Positions 50,218 through 64,000 of a DNA stretch of 64,000 nucleotides are shown here, piece after piece. Origin of the DNA: Antedon mediterranea (taxonomy: Eukaryota; Animalia; Echinodermata). Both the position numbers and the translations under genes were made by a program. The notes beneath the pieces are model-generated. The model saw only the letters and a program-made list of their open reading frames with translations. It was not told where the DNA came from and did no database searches. Every line of letters begins with the position of its first letter. Position 1 is the first letter of the stretch. The DNA lies in NCBI RefSeq assembly GCF_964355755.1, contig NC_092671.1, forward strand, positions 17,608,001-17,672,000, given 5' to 3'.

Positions 50218-51816
50218 AACTAGACATGTAACTCGTCACTTTGACGAGTTTGGTTATCCGCCGCGCAAGTGGTGCAACATTAACATTAAGGGGATAGGTT
50301 GAGGACAAAAGAAAGTGTTCACGTTGGCATTAGGACCTGAACTGAAGAATATGATATGTTGTTATTGCTGAATTTTATTATTTAAATTCATATATAGTAT
50401 ACACAGTATAATCTGTATCCATATCACATACAGTGACATACATAGAATAGGTGAAATTACGGGACCCGCTATTTATTGCAATTTTTAACATGTTGACGGT
50501 TTTAAAATGAAACGCGAAGGTAGCAATTCCGAAAGGAAATTATCTCAGCAACAACGTATTAGCGTGTAGAAGAAATTTGAATACGTGAAATATTGATGCG
50601 CGCTCTTTTAAATGTAATGAATTATGACGCAAAAGATGAAAATACGACCTTTTTTATTTAACTGGCCATATGATGACGTCACAACATCCGATTGGCAACA
50701 TTTTTACATAATTTCGTATCTACAATCCAATAGCTTCCAGAAAAAGTTTTAATCGTGATTATCAAATTTTATTCTTACGAGCTATAACAGATTAAAATTT
50801 ACTGTAAAGATGAAATTAATGCCACACGTGATTTAAATTTTTAGGCATGATGACGTCAAAAAAATTAAAATATTTTTAACTCATGCGAAAGACACTTGAT
50901 TGACCTAGACAATATCAAAATCGGGGTTAAAATGGAAAACGGATAAGTGGAGATGCGCTCTATTCAATGTGATGAGCTATGACAAAAGATACAAAAATCC
51001 TAAATTTTATGTTCGCGTGGCCATACGATGACGTCACAATGTCCGGTTAGCCATATTAATATCTGATTCGATATCTAAAACTCATCTACTTCCAGAATAT
51101 GTCATCCACAAAAATTTGACCGTCTAGTTTAGAAATTACGACTGTTTAAAAAAAGGCATATTTTAAACGAATTTTTTAACCTTTTCATAAAAAACGCGCG
51201 CAAATTGTCCAATTGGACGTGCTCGTATGACGTATCTTTAAGTCGAAATTGTTTAAAATTTGGTAAAATTACTAGAAAAAGCTGGAAAAACATAAATCAC
51301 GCGAAAAAAATACGTTTTCAATGCTACGTGCGCACCGCACACGTAAAAATGTGCGCACGCGTGGGAATTTTTTACATGCTTAAAACGACATGAAACGCGT
51401 AGAAAGTTGATTAGAAAATAATTTTGCGCATTTTGAAATTTTAAATGCGCGTGCGCGCGTAACTTTGTGTAAAACACGCAATTTTTTTTCAACAGACAGT
51501 TAGCGCATGATATAAATTAAACTTTTGCAAAGTTTCACTTAAAAATGTTATTTGGTTTTCGACATATGTTAAATACGAGAAAATCGTTAAATCGCGCGTA
51601 CGTCGCGTTGCGCAATTGTAAACATCATAAAAAGCTTCGCTTGACGACGTTACGTGAATGTCAAAATGTTAACATAGTTAACAAAATGTTATGTTTGCAA
51701 GTTTTAGAGAAAAGCGTTACACAAAAATCATACAGAAAGAAAGAAGATGACAAAAAAGATGATGATTTCGTACAATCACAAGAGGTTATCCTGCAACTTC
51801 GTTGCGGATAACCAAT
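50218..51816 (-). mobile_element. 1.6-kb Helentron/Helitron-like non-autonomous element
   Basis: Minus strand 5' end has a palindromic sub-TIR GGTTATCCGCAAC-GAA-GTTGCAGGATAACC then a TCA/TCT microsatellite. 3' end has sub-TIR GCGGATAACC, hairpin AACTCGTCA-AAG-TGACGAGTT and terminal CTAGTT. CpG-rich body with an internal duplicated block. Confidence 0.78.
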
Positions 51817-52359
51817 TACTGAAATAAGCATTCAGACAAATAAATTGTACTTGCTGTTACCTGTCCTTTGGACTGGTATCTTTGACCTGTAAATGTGTGA
51901 CAAAAATATTGCTAAGCAACATCCGGCCGTTTAAAAGAGATTGGTCTAAAAAACAAATGTGTCATGGCTTTATGGTGTCGCATTCAAAACCCCAGAACAT
52001 AGGGAGTATTTGCCCCATGCTTTAGGAGGAGATAGAGAAGAATTATTATAATTTATGATCAACAGCATTTAACTATTTATAGAGTCTAATCGAGAAATTT
52101 GAGAAACGTGATGATAAAATGTTATTGATATTCATAACAATGGCCATTATATATATTAATTTTATTATGTATCCTGTAAATTATTCAGAGAAATGTGTTT
52201 CTTGAAGGATGTTTTTTGTCTGGTATTCTAAATGTATTATTCATGTGCTAGCTTCATTTTAATATATGTTAATGTCAGAAGTTATAAATAGATACCATCA
52301 CTTCAAGCTTTGTTGTTTGTTGCAATTGGTTCTTAACGATTTTATTTCATACTCATCCA

Positions 52360-52572
52360 ACAGCGAGTAACCCGCCAATTACAGGATGGATAAACTATTT
52401 AAAATTTCACAAGACAAACATATACACAAGATGCTCTACATAAACAAACACTTATTATTAAGTCTTTGGGAGTGGAGTCATGAGAAAAAAACCCTGACAT
52501 ATGACAGGACTTGAACCCAGGACCCTTAGATTGGTAGCCAAGCATCATAACCACCAAGCCACAGCTCCACTT
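52360..52572 (-). mobile_element. tRNA-derived SINE (same family as 32097)
   Basis: Minus strand GTGGAGCTGTGGCTTGGTGGTTA...GGGTTCAAGTCC; shares TAGTTTATCC.TCCTGTAA with 32221. Confidence 0.75.
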
Positions 52573-52634
52573 TTGATGAAGCTGGAATAATACAGAGTAT
52601 TAGACATCCAATGCTGTTGATAAAACAAAAAAAT

Positions 52635-52925
52635 GAGTTAGGAGGAGGACATTGGGAAGAGGGAGTTGGGAGAAGGAAGTTGTGAAGAGGGAGTTGGGAG
52701 AAGGAAGTTGTGAAGAGGGAGTTGGGAGAAGGAAGTTGTGAAGAGGGAGTGGGGAGGAGAAAGGAGGCTGTTGTGAGGAGAAAATTGGGGGAGGAGGGAG
52801 GACGAAGTTGTGAGGATAAAGTTTGGTAGAGGAAGTTGGGAGGAGGAAGTTAGGAAGAGGGAAGTTGTGAAGAGGGAGGAAGAAATTGTAAGGAGGAAGC
52901 TGTAAGGAAAAATTTGGGAGGAAAA
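52635..52925 (+). repeat. Purine-rich tract built from about 29-bp GGGAGTTGGGAGAAGGAAGTTGTGAAGA units
   Basis: Three near-exact units at about 52660-52750, degenerate on both sides. Confidence 0.85.
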
Positions 52926-55900
52926 ATTGAATACATACCTGGTAGTTCAACATTTGAATAGCAACGGTACCTAATTATTCTAAATAAATAATATTTGTAT
53001 GGTATTGCATATCCATGTATTTGTATAACTCTAGCTTACTGTGACATACTTTAATTTACAAAATTTAAATTGTCATAAAAGAAATGATGGCTTTACATAC
53101 AGTACATGGTTAGATGTGATACAATTGAAAGTAGAGCAACTGAAATAACTATACATTCAATGTACTTTTGAAATTCCAGTCAACCTGCTTATTTGATTTG
53201 GTTCAATAAGAATTAGAAGACAGATATCTAACACACAGTGTTTGATGACGGCTAGATTGCACAGAATGACAAGTTATATCTCAAAAGTAGATTGAAAGTT
53301 GTTTTATTATGTTCTAATTACGCTTTGATTATTTTTAAATTTAAAAAAAAAGATTGACATTTAAAAGCTGAATTAAAAATAAAACTTAAATATAATTACA
53401 TATTCATATTTTTTTAAATATAAAAAAAAAAATACTAGAACAAATTGTTACCTTGGTATGCAAATGTGAAAGTGATTTCATGTTACATTGATGTAACACA
53501 GCGGTAACTATGCAGCATACAGACTTTCTACTGATTCCTTTATACTGATTCCTTTATACAGCGATTACATTTTCATTAACGTGTGAAAGCGTTGTAACTC
53601 TGTAAGATTATCCCGGGAGATATCCATGCAACAATTATACATTGTGCAAGCTATGCTGTATGTTTGAATCAGTTATTAGTGCATTGAGCATTTCTTGTAA
53701 GATTTTATGTTATATTTAGTAAATTGAGCGCTAGATTATTATTGACATTTTATGATATCGAAGACATCCATCCCTTCTGTCATTAGAGCCACCTCCTATA
53801 ATTTTTTCATATCTTTTCTTTGAGAATGTCTGTACCGACAGTCGCTTGTAATTGCATTAAACTACCGTCACACTATATTCCCAACATGATTGATAGGACA
53901 ACGATTAATCTATTTTACTTAATTGTATGATTATTTATATAGTTTTAATGGAAAATCTCATTAGAGACTGAGAGATCCGTGGAGTTGAGTGACGTATATA
54001 CGAGGATAGTAATCTTTTTAATGGAGATGCATCTTGGATATTACAAAAACATTTTTTAATATCCATAAAAAGAAACAGGTATCCCATAACTCATGATAAT
54101 ATTCTTTCCTGTCTGACGTGTTGAAATAAATCAAATAAAATGAAATCACTGATTGTAATGTAAATCGTAATAAATATTCATTAAAATATAATTAGTTTTT
54201 TTCATTGGAATTGCGAAATATATGGAAGAATACATCTTGTACTTCAAAATATTACATTGTATTTTTTGTGTTAAAAGATATTACAGATTTAAGAAGTAAT
54301 TTACATGAACATGCATTGAAGAGGTTAAATTTGGCACCTAAAATTTGCCATTTTTAGGTCATAGGCCCCCCTTATTTCAAAATCCTTGATCCACAACTGC
54401 CTCCAAGACCACTTAATAAATCAATTTATAACAACAACCATATAGAAAAAAAAAATCATATTTTGTTGGTTCACAGTCATTTTACTATATACATACATCT
54501 TCTGTCAGTTATTATTAAAGTAATCATCAATATTAATTTCTTCATTTGACATATTGTAATTAAAACTAGTGTATTACAAGATGATTGATAAAAATGTTCA
54601 TTTTATGGAGTCGGTTTCACAGCTTGAGTTACAGTACATCTTGTAAATGGGTGTACATAATTTTAGTTGCACCTGCGATATATTAAAAAGTCAAAATAAA
54701 TTCCTAATTAATGACATTAATCCATGCAATTAATTGTATAAAAATCAATTTTTATCTAGATATTGCTTTTATGTTTCACTGTTTTAAAGGTTAGCTGTCT
54801 TTAACCACTATAGACATGTCAATAAAGGTACTCTTCACATCATGCAGACATGGACTGAATATGTTTCACTCTTTTGTCTGTATGATATAAAAAGCATATT
54901 TCAACGCAAACAGAAAAGTGATATTTATTAGGCTGTAGAGTATTATGGAATAAAAAGTATAAAATAAATGTAATTATAATGTATTGTAATTGCAACACAG
55001 GTAGGGTATATTAATATGAGTTGAAAAGTGAGATATTTCCCATAATTTGTTCCAGTTTTTGTTAATAATTTCCATTGATACAAATTTTTTTTTCTGTGTA
55101 ATTAAGGAATTGACCAAAGACTTCTATTTAAAATAGTTTCCAATGATGTATAACTTAGTAGACACCTTAATATTTAAAACTATCAATCTGTCCAATGTGG
55201 CTTTAATTAATAGAGCATGTTTAATTAACCAGATCAAATAGTACATCTCAGTATACAAACTACATTCTTGGTGTTCACTGAAACTAAATTTGGCATGCAA
55301 TCCATATGTTTTGTCGGTTTGTTATTGAAACTAATAGTTGCTTGTTATAATTCATCTTCCAGACTTTTCGAACTGTGAAATGTCTATTATCATTGATTGT
55401 TGGAGAACATTATTAAGTCATGCTGCTTTATGTATATTAATGTATTATTGATTTTTAACTATGATTGAACATAATTGCTGCACAGCTAATGTGGAGCCTT
55501 AGTCATTTAAGATATATCCAGCGTAACTCTTTAAAATAGTACTTTGTTATAAATAGACAAATGGAAAATCTGTACCAACATTATCTGCTTTTATTTCAAA
55601 GACCAGCAGAAGTGTTTTTCTTGATTGCTGATTAATTGGATATCTGTCTAATGTTTTCTCTTTAATTTATATATCATTAATTATATTGATTTTCAGCATG
55701 AAAACCTTAAAGCAATAATAATAAATACATATTCATATTTGTAGCACCTTATCTAGTACTGTAGATTCATTTAGTACTATGCCAATCTACCACAACAGGT
55801 GAATCTAAGAGGGAAGTCCACCACCCTATATTTTTTATAGAACATTAAGTTCAAGTCAGCATTTTTACATTTTAGGTCCTATTTTAGGCCCTTGAAAAGA

Positions 55901-58878
55901 ACCTCCCTCAGTCCATGTCCTTTTCTTTCAAAATCCTGTATTCACAGTCTTATTGTGTGTAAAAGTATTGTGGAAATATTTTCATTTCATTATATATTTC
56001 AAGGTTTTTTCCAGTCTTATTTTATGATGTTGTATTAATAACAAAAATTTGAAAAAAAAACCAGTAATTAAATTTGTCAATGTGTTTGCTAGCATTCAGG
56101 ATATTACAGACAAGTATCTATATATTATTTGAAGACGTCAAATCTCATTATGTTGTTTATTGGTATTAGACGTTGCTGAGAGCGTTGTCAAGGTCAAAAT
56201 TTACGTGACTATCAATTTATAATAAAATGTGTCAGGAGAACCGAATCAAAATGTTTGATATACCTTTTCACTGTTAAATTTAGTGTCGTTTACTTAGTAA
56301 TTTATTACTAAGAACATACTCGGTTTAAACTTATAATCTTGAGTATTAATATAGATATGGGAATTACGACACCTTTACTTTATTATTTATCGTTATCTTA
56401 TCTTTTGCATGCTAACTGAAATTTATATTGAAGAATATAAATAAGAAGATTACATTGAATGAATTTAATTTAATACTTTTTGTAGCCCACAACTAATTGT
56501 ACTATTGGCTTGAAATGTACTATTTTCATTTTTTTTGGTCATTTCTTAAACATTTAATTTGATGATATGACAACAACATATATCATTTCGTGGACAGCTT
56601 TAAAAAAAATGAATTGTAGGCCAGAATATAGCATGATAGGAACAGGAATAGGACAATTTGTGCATAAAAATGAATGTTTTGTATTAATTAAAGGAGGATA
56701 ATATTTTATATGTTTAAAGCCTTCTATTCAACGTTTTTCGTCTTTTAACTCATAAATATATATTATATAGTTTTAAAAATATAGTAATGGCTGAGTAATT
56801 GTGAGGGAAAAAGAGGCAAGAATGAAACTAGGTACAGTACTTCAATATGCTATTTAACCGGTGGAGTAACGGCTATACGCGCCCACTAGCAAAACCTAGG
56901 CACCTCAGACATTACAGGGCCCCAAACATAAAGGAAACAGCCTCCAGCATTGGAGGGTCCTTAAAACCAGGGGCCTCAGACATCTACGTTGTGCCATTGT
57001 ATTTCACTAATATGGTACTATCCAGGGAACAGTAAACTTCCCTTGTACTATACATTGACTCCTATTGAGATGCTTATTTTTATTATGTACATCAAACATT
57101 TTTGTTGCAATTACAGTACTTTCTTTTCAATCACTGAAATGAGACCATGTTCTATATATCATAGTAACAGAAGAAATCAATCATGAATGAGTAATGAGTC
57201 TCCCTTTGGGCTTTTTATTAATGCTCAGGTTGTTTTATTTGGACCACTCAATATTGATAAATCTTTGTTTTATTCAAATTCAATCAATTAATTACCAATT
57301 TAGCTAACACAATCAAATAAACTACTTGATGAATTCTTCACCACGCTATTACAAATTGGTTACTTTTCAATGACGAGGTCAGGATGTAGACTTTACTTTA
57401 GGTTTTAACTTTTTCTACAAATAAAACCTACTGAAAAACAGGGATGTGGTAAGATTTGTGTGATTCAGAAAACAAAAGATTTTGAGCCTCTTGTTCAGTT
57501 TTTGAAATATAACATAGATTTTTAAATCCCTGAAGACAATGTATTAGTAAATTCTACAAAGTCCATTAACAGTGATTTAAAAAACTCTTGAGGGACATGG
57601 CATCTCTACAATAGGGAATACTGCAGAGTCTATGTGTATCATGATAGCTTGCATCCCAATGGCTCTGATTTGTAATGCTTTTAGTTCACGAATGCCTTTA
57701 CCTTTTAAATATTATTGCTGTCTGTTATTAAACACTCATTACCACTCAACACTGTTTCAAACGCTGTAAACATCTGTTGTTAAAAACATTTATCTAAAAA
57801 TGATTTTGTCCAGTAGAATATTGCTTTAAATTGTGGTTTGAATAAAATTCAATCAAGTACAGTATATATTTATAATATAATATTTAATATTTTAATTTTG
57901 GGCATCATTTACTTCTTTTGGTCTAATTTATTAGTAAAATGTTATACAATTGTATATAATTCCATATACTATTCCATAAATAGGTTTGGCAGCACCCAAC
58001 ATGAATTGAACCATAACATTTGAACATAACCATTGAACCACAATGGTTTCATGATAGTTAAACAGGTCCATATTAATGTGCATGTTCTCAAAAAGGGTGT
58101 ATACCACATACATCTAGACGTATGGATAGATAGTCATTTGTTGTTTATTCTCATACATTGCAATTACTATACCCGTGTGTAAAGAGGATGGTATATATAG
58201 ATGTTTTGATTTAATATCATATTATCATAATTTCTGATTATTAACAATAACAAATTCCATTATATCAACAAGACAGTAAGTCTTATTACTTAGTTCACTT
58301 AATACTCAAGTTTAATTATTATTTTGTAGGATTATTCTATATTTCAAATAATTTTAGCTATATAATGATAGCTCAACAGTGTTGCACAGTACTGTGGTCT
58401 ATAAATAAAAGCAGACCTGTATTAATTATAGTAGTGCTGGAGAATAAAGTCAACGGTTATTATAGAAAAATAAATAGCAGTTCAGAGAAATCATTTCTGT
58501 TAAATTAATAATTTTAAAATAGAATATCAAATTGTCACGTACAATGATTTCTATCCCATGAGAATAATGTTTTAAAATATTCATTTCCATATTTGATATT
58601 AAGTTAAATCCAGTTATGTTCATTAAAGGATTATGTGTAGTATTTATTTCATTGAAATTATTATAAATACTATCTACTAAAGAACACCTACAGCTAGTGA
58701 TGCAGAACTAAATTGAATTTTTATTACAATTATTATTATTAATACTCATAATTATAATTATTACTAAAAGGTTTTTTTGAAATGGATTGGAACTCTGAAT
58801 CCTCAATAATTGATTGAATAAGCACCACATCAAACATGACTTGTGTCTAATAAAGTACAATACTATTTCCTATACAAT

Positions 58879-59004
58879 ATATATCCAAAGGCAAATTACT
58901 GTAAAAATGACAATTCTGTGGGTGTCCAGTGGTAGGATCTCAAATACAATAAAAACAAGGAGTTATCCGCATACTGGATAATTAATAAACAAAAACGATA
59001 AAGA
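58879..59004 (-). mobile_element. Truncated sister copy of the 5741-5900 element, without the hammerhead
   Basis: Shares ATCCAAAGGCAAATTACT..AAAAATGACAAT.CTGTGG..GGATCTCAA..AAAACGATAAAG with 5745-5840. Confidence 0.55.
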
Positions 59005-59144
59005 TCCAGTTTTTTCGGAGCAACGATTTACCAGAAATGTGGTCATTTATAAACAAAAATATATTTATTATATTTATATTTATATTTATTGAAATAAATG
59101 AAATGAAAAAATGAAATGAAATTCTAACAATTTATTTAAACTAA

Positions 59145-59282
59145 ACCTTTGTCTACACTATCAAACTAGTTTGACAAAAAAAGTGTGATGTGCCCAAATA
59201 TGGTAGTGGTATGACATCATCATGTCCATATATGGGCACATCACATGTTTTTGTCATAAAGTTTAATAATGTAGACAGAGGT
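59145..59282. mobile_element. AGCTCTGTCTACACTATCAAA-family MITE, most complete copy
   Basis: Palindromic body (TGTGATGTGCCCA / TGGGCACATCACA) and terminal TGTCTACA / TGTAGACA. Confidence 0.8.
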
Positions 59283-59460
59283 TTAGAGGACACTTTCCTG
59301 CGAAACGATCAAGGTGCAATATACCCAACCCTTATACAGGGGAATCCCTATTTAGGGGATATCCCTTTTATGGGGATATCCTTTATTCAGTGGAATACAC
59401 CCGTCTTAAAATGACACTTTGTTAGGTCCTGAAGTTGCCCCTTAATAGGTGTTCTACAGT
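59283..59460. mobile_element. Remnant of a TA-CAGTAGAA-ended (Tc1/mariner-pogo-like) MITE with GGGACACCCCTATT repeats
   Basis: Ends GTTCTACAGT. Related remnants at about 27774, 28605-28752, 34870-35000, 36495-36580 and 45454-45500. Confidence 0.45.
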
Positions 59461-61106
59461 TTTTTACTATTTTTACAATTAAAAATGAGTTTTCTTCTAC
59501 AATTTCAATATAGCTACAAGTAAGTTGTGTTAACATTTGGCATTTGTAAAATCTAAATTTTCTACTTAATTTTGAGATTTCATTAAAATACTCCTAACCA
59601 ATTGTTAATGGCATGTCAGAAATATAGTGGGTGTTTAGTTTATAAAAGCAACAAATGATGTCTTTGCGTACTAAATGTAATTATGTTGACGTCACCGTAA
59701 TAATGGGCTGTGTTCGTGATCCGTGAGACTCTGAAATATAATCGAACGTGAAACATTACTCGGGGGATAATTGACATATTGTAAATTATAAATATATTAC
59801 GAAGAAAAACATTTTGTAGCAATGTTTCAGTATTTTTGTGTTGATGAGAAAGTGACTCACTTTTCCATGTTCAGGATTCTTTGGAAATTTGCTACATTGT
59901 ATATCTACTTCTTTGCATATAGTTTCATTGAGAACCTTATCTATTTATCTATTTATCATTTATTCTATTGAAAATTAAAATTACACTGTTTTTTAAAAAA
60001 AAATATTAATATTTATTATAATATGAACAATCAAGGACTTACGAAAGTTGGAAAAGCTCTTATTTAGCGTCTTCCCAAAATGTAAAATTTAATAATCATT
60101 TGTTTTATTTCATTTATTTAAAATTTGTTTCCTTTCTGGTACCAGAAAGTTGCATTGTTTAATTTAATTAATTAGAAAAGAATTTATTACATAGTGTTGT
60201 AAATAACTTAATCTTTGTAGCATATCGTTTGTTGTACTTTTCCCCACACTTTCGCTTTGGTACCAGAAAAAAAATTTATATGTGTAATATTTGAGAATAT
60301 ACGTTTGTGTTAGGCATTATTATGATGTTTGCTTGTTGTAAAACATTTGCTGATTAAACATGATGGTGGTTACATAAAACTTCTCTTTCAGAGTTATCAC
60401 ACTACCAGTGGGTATTGTGTAAACTGTTCGGTCACTTTAGGTAACTGTAGTATTTGTATACTTTAAGTGGATAGCCCCCTCAATGATGAAAGGCGAGTCG
60501 CTGTGATGGGAGTCGCCATCTTATTATAAGTTGTTAGAGAGTTTATTAAATAGACTAAATATTAACACTCATTGTCTCAACCACTATAGTACCATGGATA
60601 ATTTTGTAAACAAATAAAAAGGTACCATATATAATCCCATGCTCGGATTTAATCCCACCCTTAATCTAGGTAAAATTCCGACACAAGACTGGTAAATCCA
60701 TACACTACGATGTAAGCATAATCCCCACCAAATTTCATAGGCCCCTTAAGAAATTTCTTGATCATATAAGGAATAAAACTTTCTAAAAATCTATTTTGTG
60801 AGTACTACGAGTATAATCACTGTCTTTCCCTGATGGTATACAGTGATATATTGGATCTTATCATTTGTGGGTGTGGTTGGTAAAACTTTATTTGTGGTAG
60901 AAACAAAAGACTATTGTAATTTTATCCAGGTAACCAGCCCTCATGCGCTACAGACATCACTTTTGGTTTTTGTTATTTGAAAAATAGTCTTTCATTTATG
61001 ATGAATAACCATTTATGTGGCTGTATTCCTATACAACAAGAACCTAGTTATCACTGATGTCTGTCTACCTGTGGCACACTCATGGAAAATTCTGGAACTC
61101 CCATCC

Positions 61107-61450
61107 ATAATAATGATAATAATAATAATAACTTTATTGTTTCTCTTTTATAACAGAGGCACAATTCTCAAGAGATGTACAACAACAACAAAAAATAAAT
61201 ATGGACTTATCTTACTACACAATCAAATACAAACATTATAAATTATTACATTAAAAAGTATATACACATTAGGTTATAAAAATCCATATCTTCTGTCAAA
61301 TACAACATTATTTGGCAGCATAATGTTATATACCAAAATAATAAAAAGAATATAATCATATCTAATAGTCTATTTAAAAAATACTTATGCTTATAACTGT
61401 TTTTTTTACTTCAATGAAAATATTGATGATGTCACGCAATTATTGAGTTC
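61107..61450 (-). mobile_element. Eroded LINE 3' end (same tail as 20105)
   Basis: (ATA)n-CTTTATTGTTTCTCTTTT...GGCACAATTCT. Confidence 0.45.
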
Positions 61451-64000
61451 GTTGACCATGTGAGTGGTAAAATCATAATACAATCAGAAAAGTTTATTGT
61501 AATCTATTGTAAACCAGTGTTTGCATGGATTAAGTCTGTGTATAAATTAGATAAAGAAAAAACCACTATTACCAAGTAGTGCACACTTACACAAACAGAA
61601 AGTATTAAAGCTCTATCATGATTTTAGTCGTCATAAATCTTCACAAAGTTTGTTTAAAACTTTATTAGAGCATACTTTCTAGTGATTAGTGACTCATATA
61701 ATTATGATTCAAACACTGTAGTGTAAATAAAATATACGTAATATCATTAATACTGTATAACTTTTAACTTCTCTGTGATGTGTTGTTTATAATTCTTGGG
61801 ATATTTGTATTATTTAAATTATTAAAGAAAGAATTAGTTCATTATTATTATTATTATAAATAAATAAAGGAGTTATTAAAGCTATTAACAAACCATCATA
61901 CAAGCTTATTCATTTGAAGAGATTATTAACGTGAATTAATTACCATAATAACTGACAAACTGTATTAATAATATTTATATTTTTTGTGACTCACTACCTT
62001 CTTTTCTTCTGATTTTCTATATATCTGTTTTATTTTTAATTCAAAACTTGTTGCTTTTAATTTGAAGTACATAGAGGAAGTCCAAATTTATTATTAATAT
62101 TATAATTAGTTTTGTAACTACTAACTGTTTGTTTTTTTATAATTTTAAAATAAAAATAAAGGATATATTTTCTTTATCAAATTGAATAAAAATAAAATTA
62201 TACTCAAAATATTATGGAGATTTAGATCGCAAAATTAGAGGGCTTTATGGCATGTCCGTTATACAGTGATTACACAAGATATCTTATACACTACTAATTA
62301 TGCTAATAACCCTGCCCACATGTAGATATCAAACAGTCACGTAAGTTTATATCAATATATATTCATCTTGCATAAAGCATAGGATCTTTTTGATCATTGT
62401 TGAAATTAATTGATGGCTTAATGACTAGCCAGCCTGTCCTTCATAGCAAGAAAAACGGGACGATTATTACCTTCTCAGGCATGAATAGAAAATCACATCC
62501 TTTTGCTTTGTAGACTTTTTTTTGTTTAAATGGAATTATAAAGGGTTTTAAAAGTTAAAAGCTGGTGTGATTATCTGGAATTTGTTTAAGTACTGATACA
62601 ATACGTAGCTTACTGTTAGTTACCTTGACTTAGTATTAGATACCTCCATGGTATTAGTCAACCTCAGTTATAATCCTGAAATGTAGTATAAATAGTGTAC
62701 CGCCCTCTATTTTATGAAAACTTTTATCACCGAGATCAGTGAAGTAGGAATTAGGTTGTTTCTATTGGTTGGTTGTTTAGTGCCTTGGTCATTTGCTCTA
62801 TTGATTGGTTGATGAAGATGTTGCTTGTTGTTGATTGGTTGTTAAGTAAATATCAACCAAGCTTAATTGGTTTGTTGGTCAGATGATTTGTTTAGTGTTG
62901 GTTGCTCAGTCACCTGATTAGATGATCATCATGTGATTTGACTTAAAGTGATTCTATTTGATATAAGCTTTTACATAATTAAATTCACGAAATCTTTAAA
63001 AATAAAATTATAATATATTATATATAAGTTCAAGAACTTATTTAGACAACTTTTTTGATTTAAAATGGACATTTGGAATTTGAAAAAAACTGTAATAGCC
63101 TGTATATAGGCAACCTTATAGTAATAATGGGTTAAGAATGTTGTTGCAAAGGCCTTGACATTGTAGTGTCAGCCTCATGTTTATGAATGTAAACTTCCTT
63201 CTTTTTATGAATTTTAAAGAAAATCAATATATAGCCTGATGGGTAGACTTAATTCAAATGATATGTATTAGTCTCAACGATAGTAGACAATGTCTTGTAT
63301 GAGTCAAAGATGCTCTCCAGGTGAAATAGCATCCTGAGATGAGTGTGAATCTTATTGCACTTAAGTCACTCATTTTTTTTTATCTAAATGTAATTAATTT
63401 TCTGTGGACCAGAGATTACAAAATAAAAGATTAAATGAATGAATTTTTGAGTTATTGGTGGTGAAACCAAACAAAGCATGTAATGCAATCACCAATACAT
63501 TCTGTTCCAAGTCCACCCCTATTATACAACAATTTCAAGATAGAGGGCACTATATCTATAATAAAACAATTTTGCAGTCCTTGCTTTGAAAAATACCTGA
63601 AGATAAAGTTGTTTTGTTTCATTCTATTTAATTCAGTTTTGCAATTATGTATTTGTTATCTACTGTAAAGCTCTCTTTTATTTCCTGATATTTCACAATG
63701 ACAAACACTGAAAACAAAGGGGATTCACCATTATACAATTATCATCAATAAAGATAAATCGAGAATATCAGTTTTATACTATCTTTGCTATATTAAGAAA
63801 TTGTAGGTGAAATAACAACTTATATAACCAACTATTTTAATTAATTACCTATATTAAAGGTCACTAGAAGTGAATAGAGGAAGTATTTGATTGATTTTCT
63901 TTTCCTACGTATAATAATGAGATGATTAGATTTGAGATAATAGTTTGACAGTTAAAGAACTTCCTAATATCCAGCGTGTTTGCTTTTTTATTGATACACA

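Noticed and set aside
52600-52953. 117-aa Pro/Leu/Ser-rich ORF
   Set aside because: Translation of the low-complexity purine tract.
54330-57000. Short GC-richer patches at about 54340-54400, 55797-55950 and 56865-57000
   Set aside because: Resemble eroded hAT-type MITE remnants but termini and TSDs cannot be defined; ORFs there appear spurious.

Overview
AT-rich, intron-rich animal genomic DNA. The repeat landscape and GPCR type suggest a marine invertebrate, possibly an echinoderm (inference only). Two genes are well supported, both on the minus strand. One is an intronless class A GPCR (1387-2343). The other is a 10-coding-exon FLVCR/SLC49-family MFS transporter (21288 down to 12058, about 485 aa); I read each GT-AG junction and the phases are consistent. 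Two isolated plus-strand candidate exons are also present: a terminal exon at 6957-7100, and a signal-peptide first exon at 26073-26157 apparently followed by a very long intron filling the rest of the window. The remainder is transposon-derived: PIF/Harbinger-, Kolobok- and Tc1/mariner-type MITEs, Helentron-like elements, tRNA-derived SINEs, LINE tails, Penelope-like ends and several minisatellites. The most notable observations are an apparently intact minimal hammerhead ribozyme (5861-5897, minus), a second degenerate hammerhead family, and a strongly over-represented TA-GGCC-TA motif. Four filled/empty comparisons inside the window are consistent with that motif being a 6-bp insertion scar at TA sites. 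Most ORFs in the supplied track appear spurious.
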